Assembly (NCBI RefSeq): GCF_009914755.1
Contig: NC_060927.1
Source of the DNA: the human T2T-CHM13v2.0 reference genome, Homo sapiens
Reading direction: 5' to 3' (one strand)
DNA length: 64,000 nucleotides
Below the pieces are notes generated by a model, which ran no database searches, was not told where the DNA came from, and saw nothing but the letters and a program-made list of their open reading frames with translations. Of the stretch, positions 27,986 through 42,137 are shown one piece after another. Within the stretch, counting starts at the first letter, position 1; the number at the start of each line of letters is the position of its first letter. A program made the translations under genes and the position numbers.

Positions 27986-28409
27986 AGTTATGATTTCACA
28001 TTTTGCACTTTATTTGCAATTTTCAAAAATGAGCGTGTATTACTTTTAATGTTGGAAAAATATAAAACTATTACAAAAATTGTTTATGAATCAGATATGG
28101 GATTCACACATGAAGAAAGCAGAAAGATGTGCTAAATAGCGTGTTATTTATTTCATTTGATTTTTATATTATATAAGATCAGAAATGTATAAAAATATAT
28201 GCTCACTTGATAATTTTTCGTAAATATCTTAAATTACCCTTTATCTATTTAAAAAATTGTTTAGCATGTCAGTGTCAGCTATGCTCAATTTTCCCCCTGC
28301 TTTTATTCATCCATATTATGTGTTCTCTGGATTTTGCCCTTGCATACACTCCCTTTAAAGCTTTCATTTAAGAAACTTTTAATCAATTAGAGGGCAGTTT
28401 ATTTGTTGA

Positions 28410-28503
28410 CTTTCACGTTAGTATAAAATTCTACTATTTATGCTATTAATTTTATTTAGGATCTGCCAGTCTCTTAGAAGAATCAGTGATATGCGTGTAA
28501 CAC
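28410..28503 (-). pseudogene. Exon start xVTRISLILLRDWQILNK… (donor not identified; could instead be an alternative terminal exon)
   Basis: Strong acceptor gtatttttattttacag|GTG; one frame open for 27 codons; another frame gives CYTHITDSSKRLADPK-stop overlapping AATAAA. Confidence 0.4.
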
Positions 28504-29852
28504 CTGTAAAATAAAAATACCCACGAGTATTTAGTCTTTTCTCTGGCCTGGGGCACAATCAGTACTGCATGTTTCTTTTTTCTTTTATTTGACAAAATTG
28601 CCAGTAAATACGATTAAATATATTCAGTATTGACCAACATTTTTCTTACTTTTTAAAATGTAAGCATTAAAGTTTACTATAATCATTTTGAAAGCAGTCT
28701 GACTAAATTTATAGCCTCACTTTTTTTTCTCATGCCACAGATATTTCAATTAGAAAATGCTTTGGCTTTATGATACATAATAAAATATCTTTGAGTCCCT
28801 AAATTTGTCCATTCTAACTTAATATTCTATCTATAACTCAGATCTACCATGAGAGCAAATTATGTAACCCCAACTAATTTGCCGTAAGAATTAACAGTTG
28901 TGCTTAATCTCCTTCAACTTATTTTAACAAGTGTCTTTTGTTAAGACAGATGCTGCCTCAAATTCACTTTTCCTGCCCCTGCCATACATCTTTGTGAAAC
29001 ATGTTTCTACTTCCACTTCTCTGCCTCTGCCTGGCATTCCTAATTTATATCTTCATCATAAGTATTTCACAAAACCATTCTTTAGTGTGACAGTGATCTC
29101 ATGGTTGATTCCAATATCGCTTTTTGTTTTAGGATTAAGACTACTTGCTATTAATAATTGAAGATTATTGACCATTCGTTAGCTTTGACGCTCTTTGGTA
29201 TTTGCTTTCTGGACAGTCCTCTCTTTTTTATATCACATGCTTATTGCACTCATTGTTTACACCACTTCTGCAAAACCTCTGACATATGGCAGACCAAGAC
29301 TGATCCTGAGCTTCTTAGCTTTCTATTTCCACCTACCTTTCTCTATAGCGTTTTTATCAAACTATATTGATAAATGATTCCCAGGTCTTTTTTTCTACTC
29401 CGAATCTTGTTTCTTCTACCCAAGTCTGTACTTCTTGTATTCAGTATTACCTACAAATGAATGTTTACCACTACTTCAAATCTTTCTTAAAATATAAATT
29501 TCCAGCATTTTCACTTTCAGAAATTTATTCAACACACAGATTGCACAAATTTGCAGGCATATATACACAAAGATAATCAGTGGATCATTATTTGTAATAG
29601 TTAAGTAATGAAAAAATCTGAAAGTTCATTAATGGAAAAATGGGTAAATGAGGTTGTTGTATATACATACATGAAATTCTATTCACTAGCAAAAATGACA
29701 AGGTAAATTTGAGCTAGAAAGATGTCCATGATATGAGGCAAAATGAAAAAAATGGGAAACATAACAAACAGTACAGTGAGTTAGCAGATGCATGTCAAAC
29801 CCTTAAAATGCTTCTTCAAAGGTTTGGATAGGGGTGGTACATTTATTTCTTA

Positions 29853-29854
<2 letters not shown>

Positions 29855-29888
<34 letters not shown>

Positions 29889-29944
29889 ATGGATATATAT
29901 ATATATATGGATATATATATCCATGCACACACACACACACACAC
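29855..29944. repeat. Compound (GT)n-(TA)n-(AC)n inverted-repeat microsatellite
   Basis: Read directly. Confidence 0.95.
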
Positions 29945-30336
29945 AATATCCCCATGGAAGCACTTTTATCCTACTTTTCATCCATTGCAAAATTTCACAG
30001 AAATCTTGGTTATTTTTATGTACAAATTATCACTTGCTAAATGTATTTGTGTCATACACAAAAAAAGTTAGAGCCAAATATCCTTGACTTTGTCCAGCCA
30101 ATCGTATAGCCCTTATAACACACACACACAGACATATACACACGCACACAAATACCCATACCTCTACTACCTTGGAATAACACAGACTCCTCTCTATAAC
30201 TTTGCTTTAATATCATACTAGAAATGCTGTTCTATAGAGTACTTTGCGTTTTGCACACTGCTCAAATTTCTTTCTCACTGGGCGAAACGCAACAACAGGC
30301 AAAACTTTAACTTTATCCAGACAGTACCAATCATTG

Positions 30337-30652
30337 TTTCAGGATACAAAATCAATGTATGAAAATCAGTAACATTTATTTGCACCAATAACATTCAAGC
30401 TGAGAGCCAAATCTGGAACACAATCCTATTTACAATAGCCACAAAAAGAGTAAAATACCTAGAAATACAGCTAACTGAGGAGGTGAAGGATTTCTGCAAG
30501 GATAGTTACAAAACACTGCTGAAAGATATCAGAGACGACACAAACAAATAGAAAAACATCCCAGGCTCATGGATTGGAAGACTCAACATCATTAAAATGG
30601 CCGTACTACCCAAAGGCTACAATAACCGAAACAGCATGGTACTGGTACAAAA
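30337..30652 (+). mobile_element. L1 ORF2 internal fragment with an internal deletion
   Basis: caggatacaaaatcaatgt…ctacccaaag|gctacaataaccgaaacagcatggtactggtac. Confidence 0.8.
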
Positions 30653-31693
30653 ATATTCTTATTTTAAAACTTTAGTTATCTAAACATTCCAAAAAATACT
30701 TGTGAGTCAAGAATAATATTTTGAAAAGGTCTTAGAATTTCTTAGCCAAATATTTATTACATAGTTTGATTACACAGAAATACTTTCAGTACTTCAAAAT
30801 TATATGAATAGTTGAAGTTTACCATTAAAATATTTTAAGATCACAAGACACATGATTGCTTCAAAATATTCTACTTTGAAATTACATCAAATAACAATTT
30901 ATAACCGGATACTGTGCTTAGCTTAATATCATCAATTAAATAAAAATGTTATAAGGAAATTTTTATTTGTTTTATCAGAAGGTACCTTATACAAGTTAGA
31001 TGCACAGTCATAATACAAAACTTAATTCTACCTTTAAACATCATTTCATGAACTCAATGTTAGGAAATGTGTGTCCTCTTCTTGCCAGCTCTCCCTTTTT
31101 CTCTCAGAAGATCATTGCTTGAGTGAAGAGGTTGAAGAATTTTAACAAAACTGAATCATAATATCAAACTTGAAGTAATAATGCTATAATAAACATAAAG
31201 TGACAGCATATGGCCAACATGCCCTTGCACAATGAAGATCCTATGTAATGGCTGGATGTGATCTTAAACAAGTTACTTTGGGGGTACTAGAGAGTATCGA
31301 CTGTTCTGTCATATGTCATATATGCTTTATATGAATTAGACATCACAGTAGCTTAATATATCCTAATATAGTGCATTTCGCAGATTCACCTTTAACTTAT
31401 AGACCTTAAACTTTTATCCAAAAGAATTTACTACAAATACTCAGATAAAATAGAGTAATAGTATGAGGTAAATTTTGCTGCATAATTAGATTTGTTGTTG
31501 TTTCACATACACTGTACTATTTATCTTAGGGCTGAGAAATGAAACTGAGCTTTGGTTGGATTTTTGTTTTTACTTCTTAAACTACTTTTCATCTCTTTTC
31601 AGTTAATACCTGAGTATATTTTTCTAAAGTCAGTGAAATAAGAAGTTCTCTCGTAGAAATTGATGAGATAAAATGGAAAATTCAGATTTGTGA

Positions 31694-32009
<316 letters not shown>

Positions 32010-33714
32010 TGACCTTTTCTGCAAATTATTGGATTAATGCAATATCATTCATGTAACAGCTGTCAAAGTCTTGAGCTATAATACTGTCCTCATGCTGAAA
32101 TTTAAAACTTTTGAGTCTAACAAAGACCTCAGCTCCTTCAGTATTTACATTTCATTATAGGTTAGATATGTACTGAGCAAGCATTCCTCAAATTATAGTT
32201 TACCTTTACCGGACTTACATTTACAATTCATTAATTTTATGAAATATGGAATTTTAAAACAACAGAAATATTAAATATATTTCACATATTAAGTTTTTAA
32301 TAAGTTTTACAATATTAAAATTATTATTTTCCTACTTTGCAGTAATAAACTTAGAAAATGGAAAGGATGTTAAGTTACATGGTTTTCAATGAAATATAAA
32401 TATAAATATACACATAAGCACATATACATACCTATATGCATACATATGTTAACAGTAATTTTTAACATTCAGTGGTTATATTTTATTGTTTAACATTTTG
32501 CACACCCTAAATGTTAAAATAGATATTTACATAACATTTATTGAATAAATTTATACCACAGGGAGAAATCAAAAGATTTTGTACATGGGAATTTATTACT
32601 CTGATGAATATATTTTAATGAAGTATCAATTTACATATCTAAAGAATGTACTAATCTATAATTTATAGATTTTTTAAAAGTTTTTTCCCATTATTGAATT
32701 GCATATTATTAAAATTATTTTGAGTAATTAAATCATATGCAATTATCAGTGAACGAATAAAATTCATTGCTTTTAGTATCCCTGCAAAGCATGTTGAATA
32801 TGGTCAGATGGAAAAACACGTAAGTTTTGTTTTCCTGTGGGCATGTCACAAAGCAGCCTTGCCTTGAGCCTGGACACTACTCCTGCCAGACAGAAGTTAA
32901 ACTGCTTTTGTTCAAGAAAGCTAGCCCATGGGAAGGAAAAGACACAGATGGCCTAGAAGAGCAAGGATTCTGCTGCCCTGGGTGAAGTGGGTTCCTGGAA
33001 TTTACAGACAGCTGTGGAGAAGCTTCTGTGCATGGAGCCTCCTCTGTTCTCCCAGACTGCAACAGTCACTAGAGGACCTTGATGGGGATGTTGTGTCTAG
33101 ACTTCTGATGGGGGTGTGTGTCTCAAGACTGAACCTCAAGTTCAGTACCTTTGGAAGAGCAGCAAGGGTCCCATTGGCTAAATTTAGCATGGGAGAGTAG
33201 ACATGATGATCTAACCAAAAAGACATGGCTGATGAGAACCTTCCTTGAACTGAAAGCTGATTTATTTTTCCCCAGATTTCTGTACTGCATAAGAAGCCAG
33301 AGGCACTTTTTGCCCTTAACAAAAGGGAAAGGGCCACTAGCTAGGCAGGTGGGTGTTCAAAACCACATGAAACTGATTTAGAAAATGGAAAATACAAAAG
33401 GTGCACATTATTTTTCACTTGAGTAATGTAGAGCAAATTTCTACACATTGAAAGGGCCTTGATAAAGTGGAATGTGTTAACACCTTCCTCAGTGAGATTG
33501 TCTTCTGAAATGACAGTAGTGAGTAACTACTTTCCTCTGTCCATTCCTGAGACCAAAGAGAAGATCTCACTGGCAGAATATCAGGCACTCTGCTAATGAA
33601 GTCTCCTTAATGTTCAATGTGATCATTACAACACAGTTCTCATTTATTGAGTACTGATCAGTCCACAGCAATTTAAAAATATTTGTACCTTCATTTCGCA
33701 TTAAAATTTTTTTC

Positions 33715-34012
<298 letters not shown>

Positions 34013-35309
34013 ACTCAATTGAAGAAACATGTTAAGGGGGGTTAAATCACTTGTTAAAGATACAGTATTAGTAAGCAGGCTCCCAGGAATTGAATGGAAG
34101 GGTTATGTGACTGTAATGTCCATACTGGAATTTCAATCATTACAAATTGATGGACAATGAATTAATCTTATCAACTTTTTGGCAAATACTGAGCAAGGAT
34201 TATTCATGTGAGAAGGTCAGTCTGCCTTCTAGGGACTCATTCTGTCTCCATTCTTAGATACCTAGAGCTGTTTGGTCCCTCAAGTCTGTGGGTTCTCTGG
34301 AGAAGCAAGTCTGAACTCCAGCTATACAGCCAGAAGGACTTTCATGATTCATTTCTCTTAGTCTTGTTTCTTACCTTCCTGCACCTGAAGACACAGATTT
34401 CCTGAGACATACTTTTGTGTTTGATGTTTTCATTTCCCCTGACTCTACTTTGTTTCCACAGTCTTCTGTTCCTCCTCTTCTTCTGGATTATTCTCCACTT
34501 TAGATCTCAGTGCCTGCCTGGGAGAGGACTGGTTTTCTTCATTCCTTTGTACTTTGATCGTCAGCCTCTATGATTTCCTCCCAGTGTCTGTGTCCCTTGA
34601 TTCCCTCAAATGCTAATAAATGTTGGTCACTCTACCAGTGCTTGGTTGGCTTTATTGCTCAACATTCCATATGGAAAGGGTAACAGCTAAAAGCAGAATC
34701 TAGGTGTGATACTCGAGACGCTAAGGAAGTTTGGGAAAAGTTTGGGAAAAGAGCATCTTTCTAAGGGCAGCATTCAGTATGTTTTATCACCATTAAGGCA
34801 CTAAATAGAAACTAGCTTTAGGGCCGGAGCAGAGTTCTTACCATCTCCTATGCCAAGGTTATTTGCCAAATCTTAAAGAGGATAGGACAGAGAAAGCCAG
34901 GAGAGACACTAATGTGGCAGAGTGGTCACTCAGGACGTTTGGAAACCAGGTTTTACCAATTGATAGAAAAGTATTTCATACTTTAACAATTTGTGAAGCT
35001 GTACCAGTGAGAACTGGCTGAATATAAGGTATAACTCTTACATGTCTGAAAAACAGACAAAAACTAAATAAATTACTATGGAAAAATAGTTAACTAATAT
35101 CAAACTTGTTGATAAGATGCTGAATATTACATGACCTTTTCACAGTTTGCTTTTTTAACATTTGATGACATAATTTTTAGAAATTAAAATCATACTTGAG
35201 TCAAAAGTCTATAGGCTTATTTTTCTTTACTCATTTTTTCTGATGGTGTATCTTTCTGTATTCTTTCTGTAATCTTTCTGATGGTGGTATATCAACAATC
35301 TGAAATTAA

Positions 35310-35435
35310 TGCAAATTATCTTTCCCCTTGATGTTGCCCTCAAAATGTGGAGAATTCCAAAGTCTCAGAAATCTGTCATTTTCCAATTCCACACATTGTT
35401 TTCAAAAGGAGCTACTCAAACAAATAGAAATCAAA
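35310..35435 (-). mobile_element. PIF/Harbinger transposase-like relic, copy 1
   Basis: Translates LRLWNSPHFEGNIKGKDNL; similar to 37003-37125. Confidence 0.45.
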
Positions 35436-35516
35436 ACGATCTATGCCTGTTCTCCTCTGGATTTGTGTATCAGTAGCTTCAAATCCTATTATATGTAAAT
35501 GATAATAAAATCTTAC

Positions 35517-35567
35517 ATTGCTATTCACGTGGCTTCACAGCAGAGCCAGCTTTCACCCTAGGAGTCT
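35517..35567 (-). pseudogene. Possible 51-nt exon, phase 1 to 1, xTPRVKAGSAVKPRE*Q
   Basis: cacttcctacttctag|AGACTC…GCAAT|gtaaga; one stop in the best frame. Confidence 0.25.
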
Positions 35568-36914
35568 CTAGAAGTAGGAAGTGACTTCCCTAGAGCATTT
35601 GGTAAGCCCATCAAACTCTAACCATTTTGAAAGTTGAGTGAGTCATTAGTTTTATGACCTATCTAGCTTTAAAAACATGGAAAACTGATGTGATGCTGGT
35701 TTAATTGAAAACAAACAGGGAGATTATTTTCACCACTTCCTGAATAAGGGATAAAGCAATATAAATCATATTGAAATTTTGTCTGTATTTAATTACTGAG
35801 TAGTGTGCTGCAATTTATACTTTAAGTACTAATTATTCTTAATGTAATTATATTTAATTATTATAATTGCTATTCATATCTTATGTTCTAATAGAGACAT
35901 ATCATATCGAGGGCCTTTTTCACAAAATTACTATATTCCCTTCATGCTAGAAAACAGAATAGAAAATTTACCTTAATTTAGTTGTAATAAGCTATTCGTT
36001 TCCTCATGTATTGCAAACTGTTTCAAAATGGATTAAGTTACTAATTTTTATCTTTTTTATTAGGTTATTTTGACAAGGATGTTTTATAACAAATGCTGGC
36101 AACCCTTTGAAATTAAAAAATAGAAATAGCATGGTTTGTTTGTATATAAATTATGGCTTTATACATTTTATACATTTACTTGTAGATCACACTATAAATT
36201 CACATCTTTTTTCTCCTGCGGGCATTGCAGTATAAATAAAAGGGTGGTTAGACATTGTAATTTTTTTGCTCTAAATTTATAATGCATTACAATATATTCA
36301 GCTCAATAAGTTTGTAAATTATAGCACATAAGATTTGAAAATTCAAGAAATGGAAGGGAAAAGGCAATCTACAGTAACTAAAAAACAAATTCTAATTCAT
36401 TGCCTCATATGATCTGAATTTAATTTGCTTACATTTGACAAGAGAAACACCTATTTACAGTGTTCTTTTTGATATAGTACATATAAAGCTGAAATACTGT
36501 GTTTCAGGTTGGGTAATGGAGTCATTACCTCAATTTTAAACATTCTGTAACCTGAAATTGGGATTTATAATGGACTCATTGGCTGACCAAAATCACCACA
36601 AGTAAAAACGATTTCTAGAAACTTAGAGAGTTGAGATTTATTTTTTAAATTGCTTTTTTAGATAGAATGAGGAATAATACTCAGGAAAATTTGAAAGCAT
36701 GTACCTTTAGAACCAAGAAAAATTTACGAATATATGTTGCAGTGAATAAAAGAGTTAGATGTTTTAACACCTGTTTACACTAATAATTACAGTAATAATA
36801 TTGAACATTTATAGTGTATTTAGCAGGTGCAGCCATTTACCAAAAATTCTATGTGTATTAATTTTCACAAAGGCCTTGTAGTTAAGATATTACTCTTCCC
36901 TCTTCCATTTTCCC

Positions 36915-37255
36915 AGGACAACAGGCACAAACCAACACTGTCCCAAGAAAATTACGTTATGTGATTTCCCATCCTGATCAATTTTCAGACAGTAGAGCAT
37001 TTTGCAAAATAGGTTTTCCTTTGATGTTCTCTATATGATATGGAAAATTCCATAGTCTCAGAAGTCTTTGCCATTTTCTATGCCATTAGCTCAAAAGGGA
37101 TCCCCGCAAACTAACTGGAAACAATATTAAGACCTACTATGGATCAGAGTCTCAATAACCATAAAAACAAAAATATCTGGAGATCAATGTACACTGGATC
37201 GGTGTTTTTAAGAAGATTACATTCCGAACAAATGTTATCCTAAGAATCTGAGTAA
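36915..37255 (-). mobile_element. PIF/Harbinger transposase-like relic, copy 2
   Basis: Translates LRLWNFPYHIENIKGKPI…SG…*RNFLGTVL, with an upstream LRFL; spacing matches the recalled WNFPNCIGAIDGKHI…SGS…YKGFFSIVL. Confidence 0.5.
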
Positions 37256-38629
37256 ATTAGACTAAGTGGAAAAACTGTTTATGTAAAGCTATTTGTGGAG
37301 ATTTTTTGCATAGGAAGTGTATACAGAAGTTCAAAGGCATAGATTCTGTGTCCAAGAGAAAAAAGTTGAATGTAGAGGTCATCATTTAATAACTTTGTGA
37401 CCCTGAAAAATACACTCAATCTTTAAACCTTCTGTTTTCTATTCTGTAAGATTAGGCTAATATGTATGTTAAATAATATTTGTGGTGATTAAAGGGAGAA
37501 TGACCACATTCTATTTAGTGTGGACCCACTATTCAATCATTGAATGTTAGCTATTTATTATTATATGAATGTATTTATTGTAAAGGCCATGTATTTTTCT
37601 TGCTGTGAAGATGACTCTCAGTCTGGTGGTATCTTATCATTGTAGTACTTTAAGAAAAAGAAATGTAAACCTTTGAAAAAGAGAAATACTCAGGCTTCAT
37701 GTCTGTATCTTCTAAGTTAGTGTTGTAGTATCTGGCCTGAACATTTGCTTCTTGGTGGAGGGGTTGGCGTTGTGGAGGGTGATGAGGCCCACTTGCTTTC
37801 TGATGGGTTGAGAACCACTGTGATAGGGAACTTGGTGTACTGGAATATCCTCAATTAAAATTTTGTGTTTTTTTAAATGCTATATTTTGGTTAACAAGGT
37901 TTTTTTTTTTTTAAAAAAAAAGCAAAAAATTAACATATTATCACCACATGTAACAACGTAAACAAAAGATAGAACGTTTTCCCTGGGAAAGCACAGCTTT
38001 GATTTTACAAATTCTTACCATATTTACTCTTTCTTTTATTTAACAGTGTGTGTCTATACCCAGATCTTATTCTGCACCTGTCATTGTGCTGAGCAACGGG
38101 GATATCATAGAGAAGGTTGGAACGAGAGTGACAACAGGAGAGACAGTTATAGACAAAATGTTAACCAAATAGAGATCACAGTTTTAGTCCTGTCAGTGTA
38201 TGGATACCCCTCCCTAAACTCCAAAAGTATGGCTTCTATAAATTGTCTTGGAGGACTAGTCTTAGGCCTGAGCGAAAATAAGGTATTTGAGTTTTCCCTC
38301 AAATACCAGTTTTGAGGTTTGTTTCTTTCAATGAATGTGGAAGACAAAAGTATATCTATAAATCTGGCTGAGTGAATTAACTCAGCAGGTCTATTATTAT
38401 TATCATAATTTGATGAGTTACTAGCATTCTTTTCTTAGGGTATAAAAAAACTGGCTACCAAGGTTATTGGTACTCTTTTCAACTTGAAGTGTGACTCCTT
38501 GATGGAAGAAGCCATATTATAATATCGAGCAATTGTATTTAGACCCATCCAGGTGCATCAGGAGAACATATATGAGTCAACATGGGTCCAAGAATTAGAC
38601 AAACTTAGGTTTCTTCCATGTTTCACTAT

Positions 38630-39010
38630 TTATTGGCTGTTTTAGTTAGAGTTACACAATTGCAAAAAAAAAGAAAAATCCCAAATATATCTATGGCTTA
38701 ACCAATAAAAATGCAAAGCAGCTCTCCAACACAGCATGATTCAGGGAGCTAGGCCTCTGCTATCTTGTAGCTCCAGTCTTGTGTAGGGTCTCAAATCCAC
38801 TTGGTGGGTAGAATAAGAGAACCTGGAGAAGGCTGACTAGCTTATTAAATATCTTGACCTGGAAGTGACACAGTCACCTTTATTCATTGGTGAGAACCCA
38901 CCAACAAACTTATTTGGATAGAAATGGGAGCTGAGAAATATAATCCTTGGTTATACAGCTACTTCCTTGCTGTAAGTCTATAACTTTTGGTGGATATCTA
39001 GCCATCTTAT
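38630..39010. mobile_element. Old MLT1-type LTR
   Basis: gattcagggagctaggc…tatcttgtagctcc…ggaagtgacac…cattggtgagaac motifs. Confidence 0.55.
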
Positions 39011-39078
39011 CAAGCTAACTGTATGACTTTAAAAACTGAAATTCTATCATTCTGATTCCTGATTTAAAAGGGGAATAA

Positions 39079-39456
<378 letters not shown>

Positions 39457-40996
39457 CTAATCATAATATGAGTTCTCAATATATGGTAACATGCTATAAT
39501 TATTATCATCGTGTGATCCATGCTCTGTATAAGTGGAATGATGACTTCCTTCTCCGTCTCTTTAGGGTGATGTAATAGTTTTATTCCATTCCTCCCGAAT
39601 GCTGATTAATCTTATCATTTTATAAAATTACAGCTATTTATGACCTTTTTAAATGAACATTCTTTCCCACGGGAGTAGTAAGACCAAATACTTCCTTTTT
39701 GTATCTAGGACCTCTGTCAGGGAGAAATTTCAATTCTGAGATTGAAAATGGCTCTTTTGGGTCAGTAACTATATCGCTTCAGATACAGCGTGCATAGAGC
39801 AAAGGGGTTACCTCTGGGATTGGCTAAGTCATGGCCAGATGATCCTCCATGCTGCTGACCCTTACAGCGTTAGAAAACCTATACTAGTCACAATATAAGG
39901 AGTTCACTCTCTGCTATGTAGCGTCAAAGTCATATGGCCTTTCAATAAAGTTTCTTTTATTCCCTGTTCTGAAATATATAGTTACTGTTAACATGTGTTA
40001 TGTTGATTATGTTATATTTAGTTGCATATTTGTAAACTACATATCTGTTTTTGTTTTCACGTGGAAATTATGAAATCCTAGAGCAAATAATCAGTTTCTC
40101 TTATTAGACCCCCCTAGCAATAAATATTTCCAAACCATTAAAGAGTGACTTGGTAGAATTTAATATTCTGGTCACGATATCAAAAGTAAACAGTAACTTT
40201 TAATCACTTTCTATTCTCATTATATCTCCTGTCATAACAAGTATTTTCTCAGTTTTTAAATGGAAGAACAAGCAAGCAACAATTTAACATCAGTTGTCAT
40301 CGTCTCTTAAAGATTGTGTTGTTGCATTAGTTTAACTTCAAATCAAAGTTTAGAAATATTAGTGCTAGGCAGCTATTTATCTTGAGTTATTAACATTTCT
40401 CAGTTATTAAAATCTGGTTATTTCTTTGAGGTTTCAATGATTGAAATATAAACAAGAAAGAGGGGAAAATGTCAAGTGTATCTCATTCTGATTAGTATTA
40501 TAATTGTAAAGTTCTTTTAGTCTTGCTACATAAACTATTATTTTAGCCTTCACATTTTAAAAGGCTTCAACATTTTCTCAGGGAACATCTGCAGGAAAAC
40601 AATACTTTGGGAGACAGGAAAAGAAAAGAGGAAAACTAAACTGCTGAAATGTTAAAGAGTGTAGCCTTTATTAAATAAATGTGATGTAACAAAATGTGTA
40701 AAGGACTTTGGGTAAGGAAACCGGATTTCAGGGTCTGACTTGCCTACTGGGTGTATGATATCTTGAGTAAGGTAACCTATAATTTGGAAGTTTTAGTTTT
40801 CTTATCTTTAAGATGGAGAGAAAAATGATCCCCATCGCCTATGATTAGTGTAAGATTTAAAAATTGAATAAGAGAAAAGGGCTGCCATTAAAAGTAGTAA
40901 ATACGGAAAACTGGCAATCTGTTTTTAATTGAAACTATTTTCAACAAAAGTAAAAATTTTAATGAAAGAAGCGTAATATTGTTAAAAAGCATCCTG

Positions 40997-41273
40997 ACTT
41001 TTTAATGATCGCCATTCTAACTGGTATGAGATGGTATCTCATTGTGGTTTTGGAACTGAACAATAAGAACACTTGGACACAGGAAGGGGAACATCACACA
41101 CTGGGGCCTGTCATGGGGTAGGGGGAAAAGGGAGGGATAGCATTAGGAGATATACCTAATGTAAATGATGAGTTAATGAGTGCAGCACACCAACATGGCA
41201 CATGTATACATATGTAACAAACTGCACATTGTGCACATGTACCCTAGAACTTCAAGTATAATGATAAAAAAAA
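40997..41273 (+). mobile_element. Short L1PA with 5' inversion (inverted piece 40997-41052)
   Basis: TSD aaaaagcatcctg at 40984-40996 and 41269-41281. Confidence 0.92.
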
Positions 41274-41521
41274 GCATCCTGCTTTCTTTTGTTGTGACCA
41301 TACCCCCCACCTTCCTTTTCAAAATTATGTGGCACAGGCTGATAATGCTTACCATTATTCAAACACTCATCAGACTAATGAAATTCCTGATTTTTAGGTG
41401 GCCTAATGGCTACTTAAAAATAATGACCACATTTCCTACCCTGCTTTTAAGTGATGTGTGGCCATATGACTAAGTATGTGAGGGAAAGTGGTGTGTGTAA
41501 CTCTGGGATATATCCTTAGAG

Positions 41522-41740
41522 CAGTAGTTCACAAACTTTGTTGTGTACCATCATCACTTGAAGGACTTGTTAAAAAATAAAAAAAAAAACAAGCAAACAA
41601 AAAAACATATGATTGAATTCCATCCTGGAGTTTTAGATCAGTAAGTCTGGAGAGGAGCTTGAGAATTTTCATTTCTAGTAAGTTCCTAAATGATGCTGAT
41701 GCTGCAGCTTAAATGATATTATACTTTGAAAACCTCTGCT
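41522..41740. mobile_element. MER5A-type fossil within an MLT1-like remnant
   Basis: cagtagttcacaaactt…ttctagtaagttcctaaatgatgctgatgctgc. Confidence 0.65.
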
Positions 41741-42043
41741 TTCTTGTTTTGTTTTTCTTCCACTCTAATGCTCAGAACATGAATGTGATGGCTCAGGATG
41801 ATTCTAGAACCAAAAGTTTAAGAACCCTGTCCTAGGGATGGTGGATAAGACACATAGGACTGAGGACCTAATATGAAATTCATTCATATTGATTAAGTCT
41901 TTTTGAGCTGGAAGCAATGGGTTTTGATTTCATAATGCTGTAACTTTTAACTTTGCTCTAACAAAGCTATTTTATACGTATCCACATATATGGAGGAAAA
42001 TGTATTTGCAAAATGTGTATGTGTGTGTTTTAACCTAAGGAAA

Positions 42044-42137
42044 TATATATATATATACACACACACACATACACACACATACACACCCACACACACACAC
42101 ACACATATATATACATGTCTATATCTATATCTATATA
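42044..42137. repeat. (TA)n(CA)n(TATC)n compound microsatellite
   Basis: Read directly. Confidence 0.9.

Noticed and set aside
32836-33381. Overlapping 61-111 aa ORFs in a GC-richer island
   Set aside because: No recognisable domain or splice framework; the TG…CA-bounded segment is more likely an old LTR of unassigned family.
38046-38315. Plus-strand acceptor followed by an ORF
   Set aside because: Looks like an L2-derived remnant; no partner exons.
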